This document shows positions 1 to 9,428 of a DNA stretch of 64,000 bases, piece by piece (position 1 is the first letter of the stretch; each line of letters starts with the position of its first letter). Below the pieces are notes generated by a model. The model worked only from the letters and a program-made list of their open reading frames with translations, was not told where the DNA came from and did no database searches. Made by a program: the position numbers and the translations under genes. The stretch spans positions 160,854 to 224,853 of the IMG/VR virus record IMGVR_UViG_3300020473_000013. One strand, 5' to 3'.

Positions 1-1
1 G

Positions 2-697
2 CCGGCTGCTAAGACTCGCGGTAAGTCCCAGGCAGCCAAGGCGCGAACTCAGGCCACCAAAGTGAACAAGCTCCTCCGCCAGTTCTCTGGTGAAGATAAG
101 GAAGTGGTTCGCTCCGTCGTCGAGTCCCTGCGAGATAACGACTTAGAGTCCGCTGGTCACACCCTGAAGACCGCAGACACTGCCGTGCGGGAACCTGTGC
201 TCGATGTCATCGACCGTGAGTATTGGCCTGCGCTCGGGTTCAAAGCCCCTGTCTCTAAGCCGTCATCTTCTCGCCGCAAGAAAGCTGCCCGGAAGCCGCA
301 GACCAAGGCCAGCAAGCATCCTGGGCTGGAGATTCCGCAGGGCCAGACAGCCAAGCAGGACAAGCAGGGCGAGAACCTGAAGCGTATCGCCGAGAAGGAT
401 ATTACGCCTACGCTCAAAAAATTCGGCCTGAAGTTGGAGCGTGTTGCTGGTTCTCCTTCCGACTGGGTCGCTACAACTGCTGTCGATGCTAAGACTATCC
501 GCACTATCAAGGACACGTTCCAGAATGCGGGGTGGAAGATCGACTATCGGAAAGGAGGCAGTAAGACGCGCCGGCGAGGTGTTGGAGGCTCCTTCACGTA
601 CATGAACATCGCTCTAACAGGAGCCAATCGCCACATCACCATTCAAACCACAGGCAAGAGCAAAGGCCGTCTCGTCATTCGCTCTGGGAAAAGCTAA
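2..697 (+). CDS. Hypothetical Lys/Arg-rich protein, 5'-truncated by the window edge
   Basis: Frame is open from position 2 to TAA at 695-697, with typical phage codon usage. Confidence 0.75.
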   Translation, partial: PAAKTRGKSQAAKARTQATKVNKLLRQFSGEDKEVVRSVVESLRDNDLESAGHTLKTADTAVREPVLDVIDREYWPALGFKAPVSKPSSSRRKKAARKPQTKASKHPGLEIPQGQTAKQDKQGENLKRIAEKDITPTLKKFGLKLERVAGSPSDWVATTAVDAKTIRTIKDTFQNAGWKIDYRKGGSKTRRRGVGGSFTYMNIALTGANRHITIQTTGKSKGRLVIRSGKS

Positions 698-709
698 CCG
701 GAAGGGCCT

Positions 710-1033
710 ATGGTAACTAAACTGAAAGACTCCAACTTCTCGGAGGCGCTTGCTTCGGAGAAGCCTGTTCTCGTCCTGTTTAGTGCGCACTGGAGCGGTC
801 ACTCTGAACTAATGGAGAAGGTCGTCGAAGGTATCGCTGAACGGGACGATTCTATCGACATCTATACGGCACCTGCCGTCGATTGTACGAGGACTATCGC
901 CAAGTTTGGTATTCGTACCGTTCCCACGCTGGCTCTGTTCGATCAGTCAACGTTGGTTGGTATACGTATCGGCCCTCAGCTTTCGGAGAATGTCACCAAA
1001 TTCATCCAATCCTCCTTAAAGAAGGAATCATGA
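710..1033 (+). CDS. Thioredoxin-fold protein with a degenerate active site (WSGHS instead of WCGPC)
   Basis: 107 aa; KPVLVLFSAHWSGHS...FGIRTVPTLALF (cis-Pro loop) matches the TrxA layout; both active-site Cys are Ser. Confidence 0.85.
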   Translation: MVTKLKDSNFSEALASEKPVLVLFSAHWSGHSELMEKVVEGIAERDDSIDIYTAPAVDCTRTIAKFGIRTVPTLALFDQSTLVGIRIGPQLSENVTKFIQSSLKKES

Positions 1034-1098
1034 TGGGTACGTCTCGGGTGTTGCTACACGGTGTAAAGACATAGTGATACCTGAAGTACGAGGCCGCT

Positions 1099-1275
1099 AT
1101 GTTCGATAACAGTTGCATCACCCCGCTCCGCAAGCACAAGCCACACATCGTCCTGATAGGAGGCTACTGGAGAGTAAGCAAGCTCCACAAGCCTTACATC
1201 AACAGTGTGTGGTGGAATCACGCGCACGCCTTTATCACGCGCCTCAATTCCGAGCAGCGTCCCAATGAAGCCTAA
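1099..1275 (+). CDS. Small hypothetical protein (58 aa, MFDNSCITPLRKHKPHIVLIGGYWRVSK...), below the ORF-track cutoff
   Basis: GAGG upstream of ATG 1099, TAA 1273-1275; preceded by the TGTAAAGA motif and followed by a terminator. Confidence 0.65.
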   Translation: MFDNSCITPLRKHKPHIVLIGGYWRVSKLHKPYINSVWWNHAHAFITRLNSEQRPNEA

Positions 1276-1277
1276 GG

Positions 1278-1313
1278 AAAAGCCCCGATCGCCTAGTGCC
1301 TTCGGGGCTTTTT
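1278..1313 (+). terminator. Intrinsic (possibly bidirectional) terminator
   Basis: AAAAGCCCCGA...TCGGGGCTTTTT inverted repeat. Confidence 0.8.
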
Positions 1314-1327
1314 CGTGTCTATGGAAC

Positions 1328-1335
1328 TGTAAATA
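1328..1335 (+). promoter_or_regulatory. Recurrent TGTAAA(T/G)A phage promoter-like motif (representative copy)
   Basis: Intergenic copies at 1062, 1328, 6985, 9376, 22714, 35826, 42160, 51889, 54063, 55816, 57864 and 58585, all just upstream of + strand genes. Confidence 0.7.
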
Positions 1336-1375
1336 TCTGGCATAAGCGATACACGCTTTGTTCGGAGTCCATTTT

Positions 1376-4357
1376 ATGAAGAAGCCCAAGTATGTAGACT
1401 TGAGCTACAGGTTCTCCCCATCGTATCGGAATCTCCAAAACGATTTCAGTTACGTGCAGTTGGCCAAGCATAAGACCTCGAAGTCTAAGGAGAAGATTCT
1501 CCTTGTGCTGGACTACATGCCTACGGAGGACCTGAAGTCTGGTCGTATTCTCTCAGGTGCCACAGGGACGTTGCTCAAACGCATCCTCCAGGTATCCAAT
1601 CAGTTTTACGGTGAAGAAAGGACACTCGACAGCTATAACTGGCTAGCGGTGTCCTATCATGCGTTCAAGACCTCTGGTGAGAGCCCTGCCTTCAAGGAGG
1701 GAGCCCACAAGGAATTCCGGAAACGTCTCAACCACATCATTGCTGAGTACAAGCCCGACACGGTGATCACCTTCGGCCCTGATCCTTACAAGGCGCTGAA
1801 TGGCACCAAGATCAACGAGTACAACGGTAAGCTGCACCATCTGTTCGGCGTCCCGACCCCGACCACCATCAAGCACAAGGGCGAGAAGCACAAGTTCAAG
1901 CATGTGCCTTCCCTCAGCCTGAATACGCTGGTGAACGACGCTGGCAAGGGTAGCGAGATGGCGCTCGCCGGTTACGTGGCACGTAACCTCGTGAACGGCC
2001 TACACGGCAAGCTCAAGTACCGCATACCGAAGCGGCCCGACTACCAGACAACACTTATCGACACCGTGGAGAAGTTCGATAAGATGTTGAAGAAGTTGCT
2101 GCGGGCCAAGTACGTGGCAATCGACACGGAGACGGAGAACCTAAACAGGCGCGCTAACAGGATGCTGACGCTCCAGTTCGCCTGTAGTACCAAGCGTGCG
2201 TTCGTTTTACCGTACTTCCACAAGGACAGCCCGTTCACCGCGCAAGAGCTGGAGTACATCGCCAAGAAGCTCCGCAAGTTCTTCGAGGTGAAGAACGAGA
2301 ACAAGTACCACGTATTCGCCAACGCCACGTTCGATCTGACGGTCCTCCGCAAGAACCTCGGCATCCGGTACTTCAAGACGCAGGTGTGGGACCTGTTCGC
2401 CGCCGAGTTCGCGCTCGACGAGAACATGAAGTTCCTTAGCGGCGTCACAGGCCACTATTACTACAGCCTGCTCAACCTGAGTATGCAGTACGGGTGCCCT
2501 GCGTATTACGAGGCGGAGTTCGGCAAGGAGAACAGGAAGACCATTGTCTCCGCCGACCTGAACGACGCGCTCCTGGAATACTGTTCGCTGGACGTTGTGA
2601 TACCGCTGCACATCATGCGGGTCCAGATGGAGCGGGCGGCCGACATCGAATACGAGAAATACGAGTCCATCGTATCGGAGCAGATCAGTGACATGCTCCA
2701 CTCGTTCTCTACGTTCGAGTACAACGGCGCCTACACGGACATCGAGTACCTGTTCTACCTCAAGACGAAGGACAGTCCGATCCGTGCGGAAATGCTCAAG
2801 ATCGAGGAGCGCCTCAAGAATACCAAAGGCGTCCAGAAAGCCAACAAGATACTCAGTAAGAAGAAAGGCGCTCCGACTGTCGGCCTGTGGGGCAAGTCCA
2901 CCTTCGACCTGTTCGACATCGGCAAGCAGGACCACCAGCGCCTCCTGTTCTTCGACATCCTCAAGCTCAAGCCGTTGCAGAAGGGTAAGTCCGGGCACGG
3001 CAAGATCGACAAGAAGTTTCAGGAGAAGTATTCGGACGTCGAGGAGGTCAAGCTCTACTCCGAGCTCCAGAAAGCCAAAAAGCTGTTCAATGCCTACGTC
3101 AAGTCCTTCATCAAGAACTGGGGAGAAGACGAGGACATGCGGTTCGACCGTCGCATCCGTCCTCACTTCAAGTTCCTCGACGTTGTGACGGGTCGTACAT
3201 CAGCCCAGAAGCCCTCGCTTCACCAGATTCCTTCTCGGTCCGAACTAGGCAAGCATATCAAGCGCCTGTTCATCACCGAGGAAGGTCGCATCATGATCAA
3301 GGTCGACTATGCTGCGCACGAGGTGCGCTGTTGGTCCTTGTTCACAGGCGATAAAGATGTGGCCAACCTGTTTGGTAAGGGTATGGACATGCGCCAGCGC
3401 TACAAGCTGGCACCTGATCCTGGCCTCCTCAAGAAGATCGACCTCGAGGGCGACGTTCACAAGATCAACGCCAGTTACTTCTTCGGCGTACCGATCGAGA
3501 AGGTGGACAAGCCGATTCGTAACGCGGTTAAGCAGGTTATCTTCGGTCTGATCTACCAGCAGGGTCTGAAAGGTCTGGCTGAATCGACAGGCCAACCGCT
3601 CGCCGTCATCGAGAAGCTGGTCGAACAGTTCAAGAAGAAGTACCCGGTCGGTGTATCGTGGTTCGACGACATCAAAGGGTTTGCTCGCAATCACCTATAC
3701 GTCGAGTCTCCGCTCGGTCGCCGCCGTCACGTTTGGGGTCTGTTGATTCCCGACGATGCTCCGAATGCTGATTCGTGCAAGGCGCGTAACGAGCGTCAGA
3801 GCGTGAACAGTCCTATTCAGGGTATGGGTTCCGACTTCCTGATCAATGGTAGTCGCCAGATCGAACGCCTACGCTTCGAGCATTTGCAGGAGACCGGTCA
3901 CTACCCTGACTTCTATCAGGCTAACTCGGTGCACGACTCCATCATCTTTAGCTGTGCTATCGAGGACTTCTGGACAGCCATCAAGATCATCGAGGAAGGT
4001 CTCACCGCCGCCGTTGCAGAGGTGTCCTACGAGCGTCACGGTATGGAGTTCCATGTTCCGCTGGAGATCGACTTCGAGATTGGCTCCAACGAGCGTGATG
4101 TCGAGGGTTGGGATTACAGCATGGAGCATCTGTCCAAGATCATCAAGGGTACGGCCAAGACTCACAAGGAGTGGGAATATAAGGCCAAGGTCAAGACGAT
4201 GCACGACGACATCATGTACCAGCAGTACGACCAGATGCCTGATTGGGCTAAGAAGCAGTGCTGGAATCTCGGTTGGAAGCTCAAGGGTATGAAGAAAGAC
4301 CCTCGCTCCAAGAAAGACAAGCACAAGGTTGTCACCGAGAGAAAGAAGGCGGCCTAA
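1376..4357 (+). CDS. polA: Family A DNA polymerase: N-terminal UDG-like domain, 3'-5' exonuclease and polymerase domains
   Basis: ExoI AIDTET; TGRTSAQKPSLHQIP; motif A KVDYAAHEVR; motif B RNAVKQVIFGLIY; motif C VHDS. N-terminal EDLKSGRILSGATGTLL is UDG-4-like. ATG 1376 follows GGAG. Confidence 0.95.
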   Translation: MKKPKYVDLSYRFSPSYRNLQNDFSYVQLAKHKTSKSKEKILLVLDYMPTEDLKSGRILSGATGTLLKRILQVSNQFYGEERTLDSYNWLAVSYHAFKTSGESPAFKEGAHKEFRKRLNHIIAEYKPDTVITFGPDPYKALNGTKINEYNGKLHHLFGVPTPTTIKHKGEKHKFKHVPSLSLNTLVNDAGKGSEMALAGYVARNLVNGLHGKLKYRIPKRPDYQTTLIDTVEKFDKMLKKLLRAKYVAIDTETENLNRRANRMLTLQFACSTKRAFVLPYFHKDSPFTAQELEYIAKKLRKFFEVKNENKYHVFANATFDLTVLRKNLGIRYFKTQVWDLFAAEFALDENMKFLSGVTGHYYYSLLNLSMQYGCPAYYEAEFGKENRKTIVSADLNDALLEYCSLDVVIPLHIMRVQMERAADIEYEKYESIVSEQISDMLHSFSTFEYNGAYTDIEYLFYLKTKDSPIRAEMLKIEERLKNTKGVQKANKILSKKKGAPTVGLWGKSTFDLFDIGKQDHQRLLFFDILKLKPLQKGKSGHGKIDKKFQEKYSDVEEVKLYSELQKAKKLFNAYVKSFIKNWGEDEDMRFDRRIRPHFKFLDVVTGRTSAQKPSLHQIPSRSELGKHIKRLFITEEGRIMIKVDYAAHEVRCWSLFTGDKDVANLFGKGMDMRQRYKLAPDPGLLKKIDLEGDVHKINASYFFGVPIEKVDKPIRNAVKQVIFGLIYQQGLKGLAESTGQPLAVIEKLVEQFKKKYPVGVSWFDDIKGFARNHLYVESPLGRRRHVWGLLIPDDAPNADSCKARNERQSVNSPIQGMGSDFLINGSRQIERLRFEHLQETGHYPDFYQANSVHDSIIFSCAIEDFWTAIKIIEEGLTAAVAEVSYERHGMEFHVPLEIDFEIGSNERDVEGWDYSMEHLSKIIKGTAKTHKEWEYKAKVKTMHDDIMYQQYDQMPDWAKKQCWNLGWKLKGMKKDPRSKKDKHKVVTERKKAA

Positions 4358-4373
4358 CAGTCGGAGAACAATA

Positions 4374-4796
4374 ATGGCACTGATTCGATTCGGCGTCGAG
4401 GTTGATAGACCTCTCGCCACTTTCTTCCAGCTCACTGGGTTGGACGAAACCGAAGTTCCGCGAATCATCCGCGACTCTCCTCGCCTGTGCATGAAGACCT
4501 GCGTTACGCGGGAAAACGGCGGTGATACTATAGACACTAGCCGTATCGACATGTATTTGGAGACTCTGGAGAACGCTGTAAATAAACACGCAGAGAGACA
4601 ACTGGAGAAAAATGGGTTCAAGGCCCGCGATCCTAAGATAAGGGTCGTTTGCTGTTTTGTCGAAGACGAGGACCTGAGTAAGAAGGCTCGTGGAGACGGC
4701 ACACTCCAGATCAAATTCTACCGCTGTGACGCGCTGGAACCCAAACCCGGCTCCCGCCTCATCGGAATACTGAATCGCACCGAGACGTACCATTAA
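4374..4796 (+). CDS. Hypothetical protein
   Basis: GGAG RBS then ATG 4374; tightly packed in the operon. Confidence 0.75.
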   Translation: MALIRFGVEVDRPLATFFQLTGLDETEVPRIIRDSPRLCMKTCVTRENGGDTIDTSRIDMYLETLENAVNKHAERQLEKNGFKARDPKIRVVCCFVEDEDLSKKARGDGTLQIKFYRCDALEPKPGSRLIGILNRTETYH

Positions 4797-4810
4797 GGAG
4801 ATAGGCAGTA

Positions 4811-6001
4811 ATGCTCAAGAAAATTTCAATCAAGACTGGCGCTAGCTTCGGGTTCGTCTGCGAGTCCTCTAAGTTGTCAGGTGCTATTACCAAGGCTCTG
4901 ACGGTAAGCTCCTTTTCCAACAGCGCGGATAGCGAGAAGCACCACTTCATCCTGTCCAGCAAGGGAAACCTGTATGTCATCGGCTATTCGCCTGAGACAT
5001 TCATCATCATTCAGGTTCCCAATGTCGAAACAGAGAAGGATGGCATCCTCGGCTTCACTCCTGGCATCTTGCAAGGCTTGATCAAGAACAGGAAAGAGCT
5101 GGAGTTCAGCTTCAACAAGGGCCAGCTCGACTTCAAGGCTATCAAGGGCAAGTACAGTGCCAACATCGAGACCATTGCCGTCACCGATGATCACGTTCCT
5201 CATATCGAGCGGATGCTTAACCCTAAGTCCAAAACTAAGGCCAGTTCCATGAGCGGGTCGCTGCTGGAGGAGATTCGTAAGGGCGTGAAGTGCGCGGACC
5301 TGCGCGACTTCTATAACGACGAGCAAATCCTCTGCGCCATCCGCGTCAAGAAGAATACGCTCGACGTGTCGGCCCATGATAACTTCCACATGTCCTACTA
5401 CAAGGCTCAGGTGGAGGACGCCAACGACTTCGAGCTGGCGATCCCTGTCAACACTTTCAAGCTGATCGACCGCTTTATCTCCGACGAGAAGGAAGATGCT
5501 GACTTCTTCCTCGACAACAAGCAGTTCCGCATTGTGGGCAAGACCTACATGGTGACCCTGCCTCCTGTACAGGTAGACGAGGACTACTTCGACCGCGTGC
5601 CCGGGTACATTCAGTCCCTCAAGAACCCGCTGGTCCAGTTGAAGTTCAACGCCGAGGCTATCCGCACAGTGGACAACATGTTCACCATAGCGGACGACGA
5701 GACGCGCCTCAGCCTGACAGTCCAGAAGTCGGGCACAGTCGGTATTTCGCTGGCTACCGAGAGCGGCAAGATCAGTGACGGGTTCAAGTCGAAGAAAGTG
5801 AGCATCGACGGTATGGACAAGGTCTCCTTTATGATTGACCCTCGCATCTTCGCCGACCTGTTTGGCAAGGTGCGTGATCGTAAGGAGGTTCCGATGCGCC
5901 TGTTCAGTAAGAGGAACAAGGGCGTGTCTTCCTGCTTCATGATTTCCGGTTCTACCGAGACGTCCAAGTCCTTTCTGGTAGGTACGTACTATGAAGAATA
6001 A
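4811..6001 (+). CDS. DNA sliding clamp, DNA polymerase III beta-like
   Basis: 396 aa, apparent three-domain repetition; LDVSAHDNFHMS resembles the DnaN 'VATDGHRLA' motif; replication context. Confidence 0.65.
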   Translation: MLKKISIKTGASFGFVCESSKLSGAITKALTVSSFSNSADSEKHHFILSSKGNLYVIGYSPETFIIIQVPNVETEKDGILGFTPGILQGLIKNRKELEFSFNKGQLDFKAIKGKYSANIETIAVTDDHVPHIERMLNPKSKTKASSMSGSLLEEIRKGVKCADLRDFYNDEQILCAIRVKKNTLDVSAHDNFHMSYYKAQVEDANDFELAIPVNTFKLIDRFISDEKEDADFFLDNKQFRIVGKTYMVTLPPVQVDEDYFDRVPGYIQSLKNPLVQLKFNAEAIRTVDNMFTIADDETRLSLTVQKSGTVGISLATESGKISDGFKSKKVSIDGMDKVSFMIDPRIFADLFGKVRDRKEVPMRLFSKRNKGVSSCFMISGSTETSKSFLVGTYYEE

Positions 6002-6434
6002 AGGGAAGATCAGCTTCCTGCATTCTTTGGTCGACCCGTTCGAGTATAGCCCGAACGCTCTCAACTCCTTCGAGGAGTTGGGGGCGGGTCCGCAAGGCGA
6101 GTACCACGTCGCCGTGTTTTTCCGCAACGTGGTAGCTTCCGTTCTCCAGATCGACTACAAGAATCCGATCAGAAGCACCAAACACTCCACTCTATACAAC
6201 ATCACCAACACGGGAGGCACCGTCTACGGCCTCCTTTTCGTCGTCAATCAAGACAAGTTCCGCATAGGTTCCAATCACATGGTGATCGACGGCGATAAGG
6301 CTACCGTTGGAGACTTCTCTCCATTCCCGTTCTCCGGTGACAAGTATAGCGTGTCCATGTACCGGGATAGTGCCGATACCCTGTTGGTCAACGTCGGTGA
6401 ATCCGATTCAAAACTCGTAGTGTTGGATGACTAG
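5991..6434 (+). CDS. Hypothetical protein
   Basis: Overlaps the clamp stop codon; typical codon usage. Confidence 0.7.
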   Translation: MKNKGKISFLHSLVDPFEYSPNALNSFEELGAGPQGEYHVAVFFRNVVASVLQIDYKNPIRSTKHSTLYNITNTGGTVYGLLFVVNQDKFRIGSNHMVIDGDKATVGDFSPFPFSGDKYSVSMYRDSADTLLVNVGESDSKLVVLDD

Positions 6435-6436
6435 CC

Positions 6437-6979
6437 ATGGCAGATAAACAAGACCTGTTGCGGATCAAGCGCTTGATCCAAAAGGACAAGCGCGTCAAGA
6501 AACTGGACCGCGCGTTCGAGCAACTTGCCGAGTACAACCTTCCTATCAGGGAAATGTACGAGGAGATCGAGCGCATCCACATGACGCGGAAGACGCGACA
6601 CTTGGACAAGAGCAGCGAGACGTTCGTGCAGGACGTTACCGACGCCATGCTCAACGATCAGGCCAGCCGTTCCCGCCTTACCGAACTCCTGATGTCGTGT
6701 ATCCACGCGAAGCGCAATCTGGAGAACACGCTGGAGAACCTGGAGGGCTACCTGATGATCGAGTACGCTGACCAGCTATCTCCCATCCGAACCAAGGCGG
6801 AGCGCACCAACTTCATCAGCCACCATGTGATGTCCAAGTACCACAAGTACATCGACCGCGTGGCTCGCATCAAGGAGGCCGCCGAGCTGGCTACGGTGGA
6901 CATCGACAAAGCCGGTTATATGCACCGTAATCTTATCGAAGCCATCAAGCTGGCTGCTGGTCGCCGCGAGGTGATGTAG
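6437..6979 (+). CDS. Helical/coiled-coil protein, possibly a UvsY-like recombination mediator
   Basis: All-helical charged 180 aa protein next to a UvsW-like helicase; function inferred from position only. Confidence 0.6.
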   Translation: MADKQDLLRIKRLIQKDKRVKKLDRAFEQLAEYNLPIREMYEEIERIHMTRKTRHLDKSSETFVQDVTDAMLNDQASRSRLTELLMSCIHAKRNLENTLENLEGYLMIEYADQLSPIRTKAERTNFISHHVMSKYHKYIDRVARIKEAAELATVDIDKAGYMHRNLIEAIKLAAGRREVM

Positions 6980-7029
6980 CGCACTGTAAAGACGTTGCAT
7001 ATTCATCCTAAGAACCATAGGGACCCAAT

Positions 7030-8682
7030 GTGCCTAAACACGACTATGACGACGAGACCATCATCGTCCGGGACAAGATATACGTCCCGGCGGATACTGT
7101 GGATGTAGAGGCCGCCCAAAACGCCTACACTCACTACATGTATGATGAGAAGAATTGCAAGCGGTGCCCGAATCGTCCACTGCGTCACAACTTCGAGTGT
7201 GACCAGTGCTTGTCTTTCAAGGGCGCCATTGCTACCTGCAACACCACGTTCAAGAACGGCATCGAGTATGTAGGTCTTCCTCTGGGCGACCGTTTGAAAG
7301 TGGAGCGGAAGGTCGGATTCGACATGTCCGACTACAAGATCATCGACATGCGGAAGAAGCCCAAGTTCGATTATCCTATTAAGCTCCGCAAGAGTTTCAA
7401 GCTCCGCGATTACCAGGAAGAGGCTGAGAACGCTTGGTGGGACTACAAGCACGGCCTGATCGTGGCACCACCCCGCTCGGGTAAGACTCCGACGATGTTG
7501 CACCTTGCGGTGCGTATCGGATACCGGATGATCTTGCTTGCCAACCAGCATGAGTTCCTCCAGCAGTTCGTGGAACACATCGAGGAGCTGACCAACCTTC
7601 CGCATCTTGAGAAGAAGTACGGCGTGAAGTTGTACGGGTTCCCGAAGAAGATCGAGGACTTCGACACGCTCCAGATCGCGGTCTGTACATACCAACAGTT
7701 CGTTAGCGAGAAAAATGGGCAGGAACGCTTTAAGCGTGCCATCAAGAACTTCGGCACGGTCGGCGTCGATGAGGTACACAAGGCCAACGCCAACGAGTTC
7801 GCCCGCGTCATCAACCGCTGGCCTGCTCGCGTGAAGTTTGGTGTGACGGGTACCGATAAGCGGAAAGACGGTCGCCACATCGTATCAGCGGAGATTATCG
7901 GTCCCGTGGCTGCCCGTGTGGAGATCGACCAGCTCACTCCAAAGCTCGTCGTCCACGTCTGCGACTATGTGAAGTCGCGCAGCAAGTTCCGAGGTCCTGC
8001 TGGATTCACCTATGCTTGCCAGTTCCTCGCCAAGCATGAGAAACGTATGGACGAGATTCTGTCCTACGTCCTCAAGGACTTATCGAAAGGCCACAGCATC
8101 GTCATCCCAGTGATGTTCAAGGAGCACGTCTGGGACCTCGTCAAGCGCATCAACGATCTTGCAGGTGACGAGGTGGCTAAAGGCTTCGTCGGCGGCGGAG
8201 GCAAGCGCAACAAGGAGCAACGCGAGAAGATCATTGAGGAAGCTCGCGAAGGCAAGGTACGTGTAGTCGTCGGTATCCGCAGTATCATTCAGCTCGGTAT
8301 CAACATCCCCCGTTGGTCCTGCCTGTACTATATCGTGCCTATGAGCAACGAGCCGAACTGGAAGCAGGAGTCCTCTCGTATCCTGACGCCGATGGAGAAC
8401 AAGCGACAGCCGTTGATCCGTATGTTCGTCGATCCTGAGATCGGCCTTAGCCTAGGCTGCTTCGTTAGCACCTACAAGTCCTCCATGAAGTTCAAGCACG
8501 CGCCTACCGACACCGCTCGCGAGCGTGCAGGCGAAATGTTTGAGCTGCAAGGTGCAGGGCGCCGCAGTCTTGAGGAGGATAGCGGTATCGAGATCGACTA
8601 TGACGCCGACGAGAACTATCAAGGCGGCAAACGTAAGTCCAAACCCAAAAAGAAGAAGGCGAGCGGCCTCTTCGGACGTTAA
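7030..8682 (+). CDS. Superfamily 2 DNA helicase (UvsW/XPB-like) with an N-terminal CxxC...CxxC zinc site
   Basis: Q motif LRDYQ, Walker A APPRSGKT, DEVH, TGT, GINIP; GTG start. Confidence 0.9.
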   Translation: MPKHDYDDETIIVRDKIYVPADTVDVEAAQNAYTHYMYDEKNCKRCPNRPLRHNFECDQCLSFKGAIATCNTTFKNGIEYVGLPLGDRLKVERKVGFDMSDYKIIDMRKKPKFDYPIKLRKSFKLRDYQEEAENAWWDYKHGLIVAPPRSGKTPTMLHLAVRIGYRMILLANQHEFLQQFVEHIEELTNLPHLEKKYGVKLYGFPKKIEDFDTLQIAVCTYQQFVSEKNGQERFKRAIKNFGTVGVDEVHKANANEFARVINRWPARVKFGVTGTDKRKDGRHIVSAEIIGPVAARVEIDQLTPKLVVHVCDYVKSRSKFRGPAGFTYACQFLAKHEKRMDEILSYVLKDLSKGHSIVIPVMFKEHVWDLVKRINDLAGDEVAKGFVGGGGKRNKEQREKIIEEAREGKVRVVVGIRSIIQLGINIPRWSCLYYIVPMSNEPNWKQESSRILTPMENKRQPLIRMFVDPEIGLSLGCFVSTYKSSMKFKHAPTDTARERAGEMFELQGAGRRSLEEDSGIEIDYDADENYQGGKRKSKPKKKKASGLFGR

Positions 8683-8691
8683 GGAGATTCT

Positions 8692-9051
8692 GTGTTTATC
8701 CTCGACCAAAACACTAGAGAGGTCCAAGCTTGGTTTGCACCGGGCTGCCCTCCTCTGTTCTTCATCAGCACGGACGCAGGTCCTCTTATGGACCCTCGCA
8801 TCGTGCATAGCTTGCAAGAACTGCTGGATACGTTCTGTGCCGACCTCGACTCTCCGAGCGCGGACATCGTTAACCTCGTCGCCTTCTTCAACAGAGGGCC
8901 GATCAATCCTCCTTGGGTTATACGGCATGACGGTGATATACAAAACGCTATCAATCGCGTGCTAGTGTCCAACTATCCGTATCGCGATGTGATCGAAACG
9001 GACATGGAAAACCTGCGCGACTTCTTCCCCGCACCTGACAACGACCAGTAA
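8692..9051 (+). CDS. Hypothetical protein
   Basis: AAGGAG RBS then GTG. Confidence 0.7.
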   Translation: MFILDQNTREVQAWFAPGCPPLFFISTDAGPLMDPRIVHSLQELLDTFCADLDSPSADIVNLVAFFNRGPINPPWVIRHDGDIQNAINRVLVSNYPYRDVIETDMENLRDFFPAPDNDQ

Positions 9052-9059
9052 GGAAAATC

Positions 9060-9374
9060 ATGGAACTGCCCACCTTCATGTACGCCGCATCCGTCATCCT
9101 CCTCATCGTCAACAGCGTCCTGCTCATAGTGATGCTCGCTCTCTTTCGCCTCGGTATTTTCCGCGGGCCTCGCGGCTTCAACGGACCTCCTGGCGCTATG
9201 GGTGCGATGGGTGAACCTGCGTCCATCATCAGCTTCATCGCCGTACTGTCGAGTCTGGACGATCTTCCTGACGATCCTGAGCACGCCGACTGCTATATCG
9301 TCAACGGGCGTTACATGGTGTACTCCAACGTGGAGGAGAAGTTTCAGGATGCTGGGTCCATAAGCCGTGCGTAA
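9060..9374 (+). CDS. Small membrane-anchored protein with a short collagen-like (Gly-X-Y) stretch
   Basis: N-terminal hydrophobic helix followed by GIFRGPRGFNGPPGAMGAMGEP. Confidence 0.75.
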   Translation: MELPTFMYAASVILLIVNSVLLIVMLALFRLGIFRGPRGFNGPPGAMGAMGEPASIISFIAVLSSLDDLPDDPEHADCYIVNGRYMVYSNVEEKFQDAGSISRA

Positions 9375-9428
9375 GTGTAAATAGAGAGCATCAGCTAACG
9401 AATAGCGCATTGTATATTTGAGGATCGC

